Shown: piece after piece, positions 26,594-36,268 of the stretch
How the letters are laid out: every line of letters begins with the position of its first letter
How positions within the stretch are numbered: the first letter of the stretch is position 1
DNA from: an uncultured virus (IMG/VR IMGVR_UViG_3300031758_000013)
Lineage: Duplodnaviria > Heunggongvirae > Uroviricota > Caudoviricetes
DNA: 64,000 nt
IMG/VR virus record: IMGVR_UViG_3300031758_000013
Reading direction: 5' to 3' (one strand)
Notes under the pieces: generated by a model
Seen by the model: only the letters and a program-made list of their open reading frames with translations
What the model was told of the DNA's origin: nothing
Database searches by the model: none
Program-made: the position numbers and the translations under genes

Positions 26594-27270
26594 TACTTCA
26601 CCATATTAAAATGTCTAGAATACACATGAAGGCTACCAACACTCCAGACGATCTTAGTCTTAGTAATACCAAGAGCCGACCCGAGTAATTTAACCACATG
26701 ATCTTGCCAAGCATAATCATTACGATAGCCAAAGACAACATCATTACTGCGCATCTGAACAACTGCAATCAGTACACCATCACGAATCATATACTGAACA
26801 GTATTGGTGCACATGAAGTCTGAACGACCATTGTGATTATAGTCCAGCCACATATTTGGCCGAGTATAGATCATAACAGCTCGACGACTATTCGGATTTG
26901 CCGATAATTCTTGATACACACGATAGTACTGATTATAGTTATCTTCGTGCCAAATAGCCCAGCCATAATTGGAATTGATCTTGCCGTCAGTGCAAGCAAC
27001 CGAAGTCCAGATCTCAGGTGGATTTGCTTCTTGCTTTCCACCGGGAATGTCCTTAACATACAAAGACTTCGATTTGTACCAATCGAGCTCACGCTGGATG
27101 TAGTCTTCATTCGGCTTACCAAAGATGGCTGGTTCATTTGCTTCAAACGTAGCACCAATCATCTCGATAGTCTTAACGCCAGTCTTGTCAATTACAAACC
27201 GTTCAGCAGCGAGTTCATTGACAAAGTACTGGCGAATATCTTCAACTTGCATCATTATTAAGAACTCCAA
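26593..27270 (-). CDS. gp42: dCMP hydroxymethylase-family enzyme (T4 gp42-like, thymidylate synthase fold)
   Basis: INSNYG, SDFMCTN, MRSNDVVFGYRNDYAWQ with the dCMP-specifying Asp, SLHVYSRHF. Confidence 0.88.
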   Translation of the reverse strand: MEFLIMMQVEDIRQYFVNELAAERFVIDKTGVKTIEMIGATFEANEPAIFGKPNEDYIQRELDWYKSKSLYVKDIPGGKQEANPPEIWTSVACTDGKINSNYGWAIWHEDNYNQYYRVYQELSANPNSRRAVMIYTRPNMWLDYNHNGRSDFMCTNTVQYMIRDGVLIAVVQMRSNDVVFGYRNDYAWQDHVVKLLGSALGITKTKIVWSVGSLHVYSRHFNMVK

Positions 27271-27661
27271 GGTTAGTTGACTTGACCATGTTTACGTCAG
27301 CAACTCCTCCCTTGTTACCACTATCAATTCGAACAGGACGATTCACGAGATCTCGTCTTGAATCCTGACCTTCCATCTTTCCACGGCTGTATGAGACAAA
27401 GAAGGATAGATAGTTGATGGCATCCTTCGCCGAGTCTTCGAGCGATTCAAAGTTGGCTGTCTCGCCTGCTTCCATTGCTTCCATGACAGAATAAATTCGA
27501 GTAATTTTCTGATGGACCATATCAAGAATCGTAGCACAACCACGAGGATAATGGTCAGCCTGCCGAATACGCGACTTTTCATTTTGATAATCTTTCGACT
27601 TTCGTTGCTGCAGTTCACCACATTCTTGTAGGACTCTAAGAGATTCACGCATAATTTTCAC
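27242..27661 (-). CDS. Nucleotide modification-associated all-alpha protein (Nmad1/DUF1599-like)
   Basis: RKSKDY...FESLEDSAKDAINY. Confidence 0.6.
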   Translation of the reverse strand: MKIMRESLRVLQECGELQQRKSKDYQNEKSRIRQADHYPRGCATILDMVHQKITRIYSVMEAMEAGETANFESLEDSAKDAINYLSFFVSYSRGKMEGQDSRRDLVNRPVRIDSGNKGGVADVNMVKSTNLGVLNNDAS

Positions 27662-28122
27662 TTTCTAAATTTAGAAATTTGACGGGACATGGTATGTAGT
27701 TGTTCAGACAATTGTTGATTTTCTACTATATCAACAATCTCACAATTTGTCAATAGATAAGATCGTACTGGTGTTCCATCATTTCTTTTTTCCATCACAT
27801 ACGAGTTGACATGATTTGGACACTGGTATACTTTAACAGGATCTGAAGCTTCATGAGGAACCTGAACAAAATATAATTCATCAGTAGAATCGATCTTGTT
27901 CCATAGCGTCTTACTGTAATTTTCTCCGATCCAAAAACTTTGAGTCTTTCTATTTAGCTGAAAAGTTTTTACCTGAACAGTCTTATCAAAAAACAAAATA
28001 TCATGCGGATGATACTTATCAAATTCACGAGTTAAAATAGCAGCTGGACCTAGATGCTCTGCGACCAGGTCTTCACCAATACAACCAATAGTTTCACGCG
28101 CGTTCATATACTTTTTCTCCAT
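27658..28122 (-). CDS. Putative PD-(D/E)xK nuclease
   Basis: G.IGEDLV...HD.....VQVKT pattern. Confidence 0.5.
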   Translation of the reverse strand: MEKKYMNARETIGCIGEDLVAEHLGPAAILTREFDKYHPHDILFFDKTVQVKTFQLNRKTQSFWIGENYSKTLWNKIDSTDELYFVQVPHEASDPVKVYQCPNHVNSYVMEKRNDGTPVRSYLLTNCEIVDIVENQQLSEQLHTMSRQISKFRK

Positions 28123-28642
28123 ATTTCATAATCTGAGCTTTGCCAATTTGCGCGGAAAGCCGAGGATCTTTTAGTTGCACCTTGCCTTCAGTAATTTTTT
28201 TCCATTTACGATAAAGTTTTGGTTCCAGCAAGTGAAGTACGTCATTACAATTTAATTTCCAAATTTCTACAATTTTACCACTTTCATATCGAGAACAATA
28301 ATGATTTTTGTATTTACAAATTTTATCATTTATTAGATATTGCATTTGTTTTTCCCAAGTGGGAAAAACAGAAATGCCGCCGTATGAAGCTTTTAAAGTA
28401 GAAGTGGTGGAAGACTTATATTCACACCCTGCAGGCTCTTCATCAATACCATCAGCCCCAGTCAATGTTGGGGAAATTTTATGGCCAAGGATCCCAGCCA
28501 TATGGATTTCACGAAGACGACCACCGGCCGTAGGATCACCAAGGCCGTTCTCGATGCAAATATTAAAAATGCATTCAATATGATGTGCCATTTGTTGTTC
28601 AGGAGTCATAACCAATTCCCTTGTTACTATTTCAGTATACAA
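28094..28642 (-). CDS. Putative PD-(D/E)xK restriction-endonuclease-like protein
   Basis: RLREIHMA...GADGID...CEYKS pattern; early promoter upstream, so the true start is probably slightly downstream. Confidence 0.55.
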   Translation of the reverse strand: MYTEIVTRELVMTPEQQMAHHIECIFNICIENGLGDPTAGGRLREIHMAGILGHKISPTLTGADGIDEEPAGCEYKSSTTSTLKASYGGISVFPTWEKQMQYLINDKICKYKNHYCSRYESGKIVEIWKLNCNDVLHLLEPKLYRKWKKITEGKVQLKDPRLSAQIGKAQIMKYGEKVYERA

Positions 28643-28676
28643 AGGTTTGCAAAAAATGTCAACAAATTAATTTAGC

Positions 28677-29990
28677 TTAAAATGTTGGTGATTCTATCAT
28701 TGATACTATTGGAGTGTCTTGTGGTAAATCTGCTACTGTTCCTACAAATGTAACTTGTGAATTTAGAAGCAGTTTACCATTCTTTACTAACACTACCACA
28801 TCGTTGTTTATAACCGGAGGCGGTGGCGGTGGAGGGGGAGGCGGTGGTGGTGGAGGCGGTGGTGGAGGCGGAGGTGGGGGAGGAGGTGGGGGAGGAGGTG
28901 GGGGAGGAGGTGGAGGCATAACCTCGTCGCCTATAGTTACACCATATAAATCTGCGTCCGGAAGCAGTGTTGGTACCGAAGGGAATAGAATATCGTTAGT
29001 CGAATACGGATCAAGTCCAAATAATCTACACACAACTGCTAAAGTAACCGATCTCATATCCTTAGTAGGCATAAGATCTCGGCCTTGATACAGTTTCTCT
29101 TTAGCGAGACCTGGCCATTTAGTAATTACTGGAGCAAGGTTCCATTCTTTAAGAGCTCCACCAGCCAAAATAACTACGTTGCCTACTCCATGATCTGTTC
29201 CGGCATTTGCGTTTGGATAGAAGCCTCTACCAAATTCGGAAGCACCAAAGAATATAACATCGTTCCAGCGCTCTCCCATTGCAGCTTTTAGATTTCCTAT
29301 AAATTCGTCTACCGCATCAATTGCTCCACCCAAAGGCCAAGATTGACTTGTGTGTGTATCAAATCCACCAAATTCTGTATAAAATACGTTATAGCCTAAT
29401 GCGCTCAGTTCAGCTATTCTGGCTGGCGAAGTTAGTGTTGGTGTCATATCACCCTGTAGAACCATCTGATCAAAAGCACTCATGAGTGGTGTGTCAGATT
29501 TCCACATTTCTTGTAATCTTGTTTGTTGCACAGCAGTAAGTTTAGTTACTCTTTCGCCAAAGGTAGATATTGAATTATCACCTAAAACACCAAGAGTACC
29601 AAAAGTAGAAGTAGTGCCAGGTACTACAGAAGCGCCCTTGGCAACATAGCCATGATTGTTAATAGCCGTCATTAATCTATTAACCCAGCCAGTCTTTAAT
29701 TGCATTGGTGTGTCACCACCAGATTGCAATACTCGCTGGCCATCAAAGTGTGATCTATCAGCATAAGTAGTACCAACGGCATGAACAAAAGAAGCTTCTT
29801 TTAATCCTACCATATTATGTAGCACATTACATTTACCGTGTAGTGCAAAGAACCCGTCTAAGTCCATTTCTCCCGCGAAGGGAAACTTACTACGGTATAC
29901 ATTGAATTCTGGGTCGCCTCTAGGGATAACTACATCGAGTCCATCCATTGCACCTAGTAGTGGAGCGAATATAAAAATTGGCTGCTTCAT
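28677..29990 (-). CDS. DUF1501 family protein with C-terminal poly-Pro tract
   Basis: GAMDGL, RSHFDGQ, TGWVNR, GGFDTH, SEFGR, GTDHG, GRDL.PT.D.R. Confidence 0.88.
   Translation of the reverse strand: MKQPIFIFAPLLGAMDGLDVVIPRGDPEFNVYRSKFPFAGEMDLDGFFALHGKCNVLHNMVGLKEASFVHAVGTTYADRSHFDGQRVLQSGGDTPMQLKTGWVNRLMTAINNHGYVAKGASVVPGTTSTFGTLGVLGDNSISTFGERVTKLTAVQQTRLQEMWKSDTPLMSAFDQMVLQGDMTPTLTSPARIAELSALGYNVFYTEFGGFDTHTSQSWPLGGAIDAVDEFIGNLKAAMGERWNDVIFFGASEFGRGFYPNANAGTDHGVGNVVILAGGALKEWNLAPVITKWPGLAKEKLYQGRDLMPTKDMRSVTLAVVCRLFGLDPYSTNDILFPSVPTLLPDADLYGVTIGDEVMPPPPPPPPPPPPPPPPPPPPPPPPPPPPPPPPPPVINNDVVVLVKNGKLLLNSQVTFVGTVADLPQDTPIVSMIESPTF
28815..28916 (-). repeat. 34 consecutive proline codons (CCN)
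   Basis: 102-nt run with mixed synonymous codons. Confidence 0.95.
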
Positions 29991-30003
29991 TAAATTAGTC
30001 TCC

Positions 30004-31383
30004 TTATCGCCATGTCATTTCGGGGGAAACGAAGAAGGACGATAATGCATCATTCGTAGTTGATATACTACGAACAATAGTTTCTGTTGCCGCTCCAACA
30101 TCAGCCACGTCCAATGGCATAGTGGTTCCTACTAAAGTTAAGAAATTTTTCCAAATATACATAAACTTGTTTAATCTCCAGAACATTTCTTCTGAAGTTA
30201 CAAAAGACTTAATATCCGGATATCCAGCTGGAGATCCTGGTCTCCATACACCAGTGCGATCTAGAGCAAATCCATTAGAACCAAAAGCTATAGGTTCTAG
30301 ATTAGTAATTCCAGCTCCAGCTAAATATCTACTTACTGCTACTGACCAATCCCATTTATCTCTAAATTTCTTAGATTGGTTAATATCTGTATTAATTAAG
30401 TTATCAAAGAATATGTTGACCAACTTCTTGTAGATAGCTGGTAACCATCCTCCAGTGAATTTCCATTCGTCTTTTAGCTGATCAATAATCCATCTAGGAG
30501 GATCGTCGCTAATAAAGTGTCTTGCTAATTTGTAGCAAATGAACTCTGCACAAGAATCTGTAATACACAGATCTTTTACAATCGATTCTGCTTGCTCATA
30601 TCCACCGGCAGGATAAACTTTACCCAATACTACTCTTTCGCCTGGCTCGTGCATTCTTTCATCGAATACAAACTTACCCAGTCTTATACCAGCAATTGGA
30701 GCGAGTTCTGATACCCAACCATTTCTAGTATAGCCTGTGAGAGCCTTGCTTAACTCTATAACATCATCTTGTGTATAGCCACCATTAACACCGATGGTGT
30801 ATAACTCGAGTAATTCTCTACCAAGATTTTCATTCATTCCTTTACGGCCCCGACCCATCGGGCTATTCATTCCATATGAGTTCCAGTGCGTCAAATAGTC
30901 AAGCATAGCAGGACTCTGACAAGCAGCTGAAATTACTAGATCATGGAAATATCCCATCATCTTGGGACGAATGTGATAGAACTCATGGGCTACCATATGT
31001 CCGCCTGCTTCGCAAGCGAAATGATTAGACCAAAAATGCATTAATCTTTCTGGAAATGGGTGATTAGTGCTTACAGCAACTTCATACCGTTTCTTTATAC
31101 CGGCGGGCTGTGTAACAGTCATGCTGTAGTTCCACCACTCATTACTCCTCCACGCTGGTACTTCCACAGACATTTGCCCTGTGGGTACTGATCTTCTACG
31201 AATTTCCGCGTGATAAGCTGATAAATCGTCTGGTGTTTGTGCTAAAGCATATTGCTGTGATGAAGCATCAAATGTAGCTAACTGATCTAGTAAATGTTTT
31301 TTAGCATCTACAATAGAAGAAGCTTCACCGGGTTTAGCTCCTAATCCGAATCTATTTAGTGCATAAAAAATAGGTTTACTCAT
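30004..31383 (-). CDS. DUF1800 family protein
   Basis: ALNRFGLGAKPG, ERLMHFWSNHF, NENLGRELLELYTIG, YTQDDV, KLARHFISDDPP. Confidence 0.9.
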   Translation of the reverse strand: MSKPIFYALNRFGLGAKPGEASSIVDAKKHLLDQLATFDASSQQYALAQTPDDLSAYHAEIRRRSVPTGQMSVEVPAWRSNEWWNYSMTVTQPAGIKKRYEVAVSTNHPFPERLMHFWSNHFACEAGGHMVAHEFYHIRPKMMGYFHDLVISAACQSPAMLDYLTHWNSYGMNSPMGRGRKGMNENLGRELLELYTIGVNGGYTQDDVIELSKALTGYTRNGWVSELAPIAGIRLGKFVFDERMHEPGERVVLGKVYPAGGYEQAESIVKDLCITDSCAEFICYKLARHFISDDPPRWIIDQLKDEWKFTGGWLPAIYKKLVNIFFDNLINTDINQSKKFRDKWDWSVAVSRYLAGAGITNLEPIAFGSNGFALDRTGVWRPGSPAGYPDIKSFVTSEEMFWRLNKFMYIWKNFLTLVGTTMPLDVADVGAATETIVRSISTTNDALSSFFVSPEMTWR

Positions 31384-31783
31384 GTATCATTTTCCTTAAA
31401 AGACCATGATTGCCACTATGATCAGGAGCAATCCACCATTCAGGTTTTACAAGATCTGGAAGACCGAGTGGATTCGGTCGACTTTCTTTAATGCCTACCT
31501 GCTTCTGCATATTAGCAGAGTGTACTTCATTCCAAGCTAACTTGGCATTTACATCAAATGCGTCGAGTGTGCCAATGGCAACCACACACAAATCAATCAG
31601 TGCGTCGACAATCTCTTCAGGATTATTTATATTATCCTTTAACTCATTTAGTTCTTCTTCAAGGAATTTCACACGAAATTCAAGAAACTGCTTGAGCTTT
31701 TCAGCATCAAACGTCCGGACTTTTTCATTCACACCATACTTGGTGTGCATATCTTCAATATCATTAACCCAAACAATACTCAT
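31376..31783 (-). CDS. MazG-like NTP pyrophosphohydrolase
   Basis: LEEELNE, EEIVDALIDL, VHSANM.K, DLVKP. Confidence 0.8.
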   Translation of the reverse strand: MSIVWVNDIEDMHTKYGVNEKVRTFDAEKLKQFLEFRVKFLEEELNELKDNINNPEEIVDALIDLCVVAIGTLDAFDVNAKLAWNEVHSANMQKQVGIKESRPNPLGLPDLVKPEWWIAPDHSGNHGLLRKMIHE

Positions 31784-32349
31784 GATTTTAATGCCTCTAA
31801 AATTTGTTCTGCTTCTGGTGTAAGACTCTTAATTCGTAGGCCGCCTGCCGTAACAGGAGTACCCTTATTTAGCTTTGATTGAAGCTTCCTTGCTTGTTCA
31901 AGATGATAGCGATTCGCTCGCTTGATATGAACAATTCCTTCAAGGTGATCAAACTCGTGTTGAAAAACTCGTGCTGACATTCCATCAAAGACACGAGTCT
32001 CAGTCTGGCCATCTGGATTTGTATAACGAACTTTCACTTTCTTTGGACGCTTGACCTTTATCCAAAGATTAGGATAACTCAAGCATCCTTCTTCTAAATA
32101 TACCATTTCACTAGAAATGTCAACAACTCTTGGGTTGAATACACCAATAATATTTTGAGCTCTCATGACAAAAGCTCGATAAGGAAGACCTACCTGTGGA
32201 GCAGCAAGACCAAGGCCATCATGATCTCTCATCGTTTCAGCCAAGTCATTGTATAACTCGACCGGATTCATTGGAGGATTTGTAAAATCGAAGTTTGTAG
32301 TCTTCTGCTTCAAAATTAGATCATTACAATCTACAAGTTCACGAATCAT
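31780..32349 (-). CDS. def: Peptide deformylase
   Basis: GLGLAAPQVG, EEGCLS, QHEFDHLEG. Confidence 0.95.
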   Translation of the reverse strand: MIRELVDCNDLILKQKTTNFDFTNPPMNPVELYNDLAETMRDHDGLGLAAPQVGLPYRAFVMRAQNIIGVFNPRVVDISSEMVYLEEGCLSYPNLWIKVKRPKKVKVRYTNPDGQTETRVFDGMSARVFQHEFDHLEGIVHIKRANRYHLEQARKLQSKLNKGTPVTAGGLRIKSLTPEAEQILEALKS

Positions 32350-32563
32350 AGCCGTATTCTTTCATTAGTGTTTGCATGTCCATACCAAGCAGTTCTTTTA
32401 GCTTAGTAGTATTGTGTTGAATGACTTTAACCATCAAGTCTCCGGCAGTCTTCTTGGTAATCTTACCATCAATCATTGCAGTAATGATCATGGCTTCCTG
32501 CTCTACAAAGATAGGATGCTTAATAAACTTATTAATATATTTTACAAATTCAATATTTGTCAT
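32339..32563 (-). CDS. Hypothetical protein
   Basis: Coupled ORF between gp46 and def. Confidence 0.6.
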   Translation of the reverse strand: MTNIEFVKYINKFIKHPIFVEQEAMIITAMIDGKITKKTAGDLMVKVIQHNTTKLKELLGMDMQTLMKEYGYDS

Positions 32564-34275
32564 GCGGCCATTCGCGAAAAGTTCTTATGCTTTTCAAACT
32601 TAATAATGCTATGGAACTTATCATAGAGCTGGTCGCCCTTGTGTGAGATCACAAAAGTATTTGTGTCTTGTGTTAGACCGTCCAAGATCTTCATGAATTC
32701 TTCTGTACCACCGACATCAAGCGACGAGTCGAAGACTTCATCCATGATGAGAAGGTTGGTCGAAGCAGAATTGCGGAGCTTAGCAATAGCCCGCCAGGTA
32801 AACATAAGGCTAAGATCAATGCGCATTTTTTCTCCCTCGGAGAAAGAGGCATAGCTGAAATCGTCTCTGTAACGCGATTTAATAGTTTCATTAAAGTTTT
32901 CGTCCAATTCAAACTGGACAAAGAAGTCCATGGCCGCAAGATATTTATTAATTAGTTTGTTCATCACTGGAACATACTGCTTAATGATCTTAGTCTTAAT
33001 TCCAGTATCCTTTAGTAGAACACTTGAAACTTCTAGAACCTGTCGATGATGTGTAAGCTCTTCTTTATAAGTTTTACAATTCTTCAAATCTTTTTTAAAT
33101 TGATCTACATCATCGTTACCATTATCAATTGCTCGATTATTATTACGAATTGAATCGATTTCAGCATTCAATGTCTTAATTGAATTTTGCCATGAACGAA
33201 TATCAGCATTATAACCTGTGATCTGAGAATTTAGTGATGTGATTTGAGCATTGATCGCTATAATTTCGTTGAGACGAGCTTCGAGATTTTGTATTTGCTG
33301 CTCGATCGCAGCCATGGCTTCCGAGATCTCGGAAGTCTTAGATACTCTATTTTCAATCCATTCTTTCTTAAAGTCGTGATTGATACTCTGCCTGCAGGTC
33401 GGGCAATTGTCATGATCATGAAAGAAGGATATTTCTTTATTGAACTTGCGGACCTTGGTTTCAAGATCTGTCTCCATCTGCAGTAGCTTATTTTTACGCT
33501 TACTTACTTTATCATGATCTTCAATTTCATGCAAGAATGTAGAAATATTAGTTGAAAGAAGTTCAATAGTTTTTTCTGTAGAATGTACTCGATCTTCAAG
33601 CTCAACAATCATATCTTGCTTAGCTTTAATCAAATCTTCATTGTTAGTACGAATAGATATAATATGCTTCTCAGCCAGTTCAATTTTGTTTTCAATTAGA
33701 TTGATCTTATGATCTACTTCATTAATATCAGACTTGTTTTGGCCAATCTTTTCTTTCAGAAGAGTATTCATAGTACTAAAGATTTGAATATCCAATAGGT
33801 CTTCAATCACTTCTCTGCGTGCGTGTGCAGGAAGTTGCATAAAGGGCAGATAATTTGCAGAACCTAGGACTACAATCTGACCGAAAGATTTGAAACTTAG
33901 TTTCAGGATTTGCTTCTCAAATAGATCTTGATAATCTTTAACAGACGAATTTTGGTTTATTAGTACACTATTTTGGTAAATCTCGAATAGGTGTGGTTTC
34001 ATACCCCTTCGAACAAGAAAATCATTTTTACCGACAGAGAACTCACATTCTGCAATAAGTCCCTTATTTGTGATAGAATTCATCAATTGTGGCTTATTGA
34101 TGTTTCGAAATGGCTTACCATAAAGAGCAAAAACCAGCGCGTCCAAGATCGTGGACTTGCCGGCACCATTTTCACCAACGATTAATGTTGACTTAGTACG
34201 ATCTAGTTGGATCTCAGTCATCTGATTACCAGTTGACAAGAGATTCTGCCAACGCAGTTTTTTAAAGTGAATCAT
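32560..34275 (-). CDS. gp46: Rad50/SbcC-like recombination ATPase
   Basis: GENGAGKST, CPTC hook, FSEGEKMRID, MDEVFD. Confidence 0.96.
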   Translation of the reverse strand: MIHFKKLRWQNLLSTGNQMTEIQLDRTKSTLIVGENGAGKSTILDALVFALYGKPFRNINKPQLMNSITNKGLIAECEFSVGKNDFLVRRGMKPHLFEIYQNSVLINQNSSVKDYQDLFEKQILKLSFKSFGQIVVLGSANYLPFMQLPAHARREVIEDLLDIQIFSTMNTLLKEKIGQNKSDINEVDHKINLIENKIELAEKHIISIRTNNEDLIKAKQDMIVELEDRVHSTEKTIELLSTNISTFLHEIEDHDKVSKRKNKLLQMETDLETKVRKFNKEISFFHDHDNCPTCRQSINHDFKKEWIENRVSKTSEISEAMAAIEQQIQNLEARLNEIIAINAQITSLNSQITGYNADIRSWQNSIKTLNAEIDSIRNNNRAIDNGNDDVDQFKKDLKNCKTYKEELTHHRQVLEVSSVLLKDTGIKTKIIKQYVPVMNKLINKYLAAMDFFVQFELDENFNETIKSRYRDDFSYASFSEGEKMRIDLSLMFTWRAIAKLRNSASTNLLIMDEVFDSSLDVGGTEEFMKILDGLTQDTNTFVISHKGDQLYDKFHSIIKFEKHKNFSRMAA

Positions 34276-34457
34276 TTATTTCCCGTCATCCATTAATTGG
34301 AAGTCACGATGCATGTAACCAGCATCGTAAGCAGCCTTTAACCACTTCAGTAGAATTTCTGGGTTATCGCCCTGATAGTGTGAAGCATCTTCCCAGAACC
34401 ATTCAGCTCTTAAACTGAAGTTCTGTTGTTGATAGAACCAGTCTTCGAATGTCATAA

Positions 34458-35522
34458 CTACTCCACACTTAAAGCTTCACCATACAACGTTCTTAGAAAA
34501 TTGTCAAGTCTTTTTTTGTCTACCGGAGTTTCCCACTGGTCAACTACCTTAGTCAAAATTGTAAGAGTATCTTCTGCTTCATTTATAATATCGCTATCAT
34601 CTTCTAAATGAAGATTTAAATTGTCTTCAACCACCTGAATATCTAGAGCACCAGCTTTTTCCAGTTTATCAATATACGTATCAAACCAGAAAGGATTGTT
34701 CTTGCTCTTAACAATGACTTTAACATATGTGCCTTTGACAGAATCAAAATCAAAGGTGTTAACATGTTCAAAGTCTGCCCAATGAGTATCATCATAAAAC
34801 CACTTCTGAAACATCGTGAATGGATTCTGAATAAATGTTAACTCACGCGTGTCTGTGTCAAATATATGAAAACCGCGTGGATCATCATAATCAGACCAAG
34901 ACATCTCATAGGGTGCGCCAAGGTAATTGATATTACCGCGCGTGGATTTATGATGGAAGTGACCAGAACAAACCATATCAAACTTATTAAAAATGCTAGC
35001 ACTAAATCCGTGGTCATTTACCGCGCCTTTATACATTTCAAATCCAGCTAATTCTAAATGTCCAAATAAAACTTGAGCATCTGTGTCATTTATAAACTGC
35101 ATACTTTCATCATAATTACCAGAGCAAATCCATGGAAGCACAGCTAGCTTTAAGCCATCAATATCTACTTCAGTGGGATCAGAATAATAATGAATGTTAT
35201 ATGTCGAGTGATCAAAAAGTTCACGCATCGAATTCACGTCATTTGTGTTCTTAAATGATGTGTCGTGATTACCAATGATAACATCTAGTCTAATTGCTGA
35301 AGCATCACAGTGTTCGACGAATCGGCGTAAATGTCTTGCGGTGACGAAGTTGATATATTTTCTACGATCGACAATATCACCCAAGTGAAAAATACGGCTA
35401 ATACCATTAGCAGCAAGATACGGAAAGAAGTGTTCATAATAAAACCTATTGAAATATTCAGCAAAAGCTACAGAGTCACCTCGAGCACCCCAGTGAGTAT
35501 CAGTGATTAAAGCAATTTTCAT
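34458..35522 (-). CDS. gp47: Mre11/SbcD-like nuclease
   Basis: TDTHWG, HLGD, GNHD, GHFH. Confidence 0.95.
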   Translation of the reverse strand: MKIALITDTHWGARGDSVAFAEYFNRFYYEHFFPYLAANGISRIFHLGDIVDRRKYINFVTARHLRRFVEHCDASAIRLDVIIGNHDTSFKNTNDVNSMRELFDHSTYNIHYYSDPTEVDIDGLKLAVLPWICSGNYDESMQFINDTDAQVLFGHLELAGFEMYKGAVNDHGFSASIFNKFDMVCSGHFHHKSTRGNINYLGAPYEMSWSDYDDPRGFHIFDTDTRELTFIQNPFTMFQKWFYDDTHWADFEHVNTFDFDSVKGTYVKVIVKSKNNPFWFDTYIDKLEKAGALDIQVVEDNLNLHLEDDSDIINEAEDTLTILTKVVDQWETPVDKKRLDNFLRTLYGEALSVE

Positions 35523-35704
35523 TAAAAAACTTTCTTAGTTTTCTTATCATATTCACGAAGAGATTTATCACAGAAATCACGAATATTCTGTAGATTTGTC
35601 ATATAGTTATATCGAATCGACATTGAATTACTAGGGTTTAACATATTTTCTCTGTATTGCTCTAGCAATGGTGGAATATTTAAATTACTCATCTTGATCC
35701 TCAA
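35522..35704 (-). CDS. Small conserved hypothetical protein
   Basis: Between gp55 and gp47. Confidence 0.55.
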   Translation of the reverse strand: MRIKMSNLNIPPLLEQYRENMLNPSNSMSIRYNYMTNLQNIRDFCDKSLREYDKKTKKVF

Positions 35705-36257
35705 TAAATTTTTCTACGCCCTTCTTGGGCTTTTGCTTTACAGGAAGTTTGGCTTCATACTTTTCGGCAAGTTCTGCTAGCTTTTCATTTACATTAATAT
35801 ACACCGCATCAAAATGACTTCTATCTTCAGGAGCCATATCAACAAGAGTATTCATAATTATAGAATTTTCGAAACTCTTGTGTTTAATATAAAGTTGTTT
35901 CTTTTCTTTTTCAATTCTACGTAAGAATGCATTATATGTAATCTGTGTAAAATATGCAAATGGATTATTAGTCTTATCTGGATTAAAGTTATGAAGATAT
36001 CTCAAGCAATTCTCAATTGCGTCTCCAACCATTTCCTCACGATAAGAATATCCAGCGAAGTTTGGTCGAGTCGCGAGACGCTGTGCAATTAACATAATAC
36101 ACTTACCAACATAATTTGGTACTGGAGGACGATCTTCTCCAAGGCGCTTTGTTTCCTGATACGCAGTATGGTACTTAATCATCTCAGTATAAAAAAGCTT
36201 ATTATCAATATAATGAATTGGCTTCTTCTTTTTAGGTAGTGGTGTAGTAATTTTCAT
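35685..36257 (-). CDS. gp55: Late-transcription sigma factor
   Basis: HYIDNK, PNFAGYSYREEMVGDAIENC, NPFAYFTQI, RRIEKEKKQ. Confidence 0.96.
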   Translation of the reverse strand: MKITTPLPKKKKPIHYIDNKLFYTEMIKYHTAYQETKRLGEDRPPVPNYVGKCIMLIAQRLATRPNFAGYSYREEMVGDAIENCLRYLHNFNPDKTNNPFAYFTQITYNAFLRRIEKEKKQLYIKHKSFENSIIMNTLVDMAPEDRSHFDAVYINVNEKLAELAEKYEAKLPVKQKPKKGVEKFIEDQDE

Positions 36258-36268
36258 TATTAATAACC

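Noticed and set aside
26593..27270. Ordinary thymidylate synthase
   Set aside because: Has Asp at the specificity position and T4 gp42-like motifs, indicating a dCMP-modifying enzyme.
28714..29088. Plus-strand poly-Gly ORF
   Set aside because: Antisense shadow of the poly-Pro tract.
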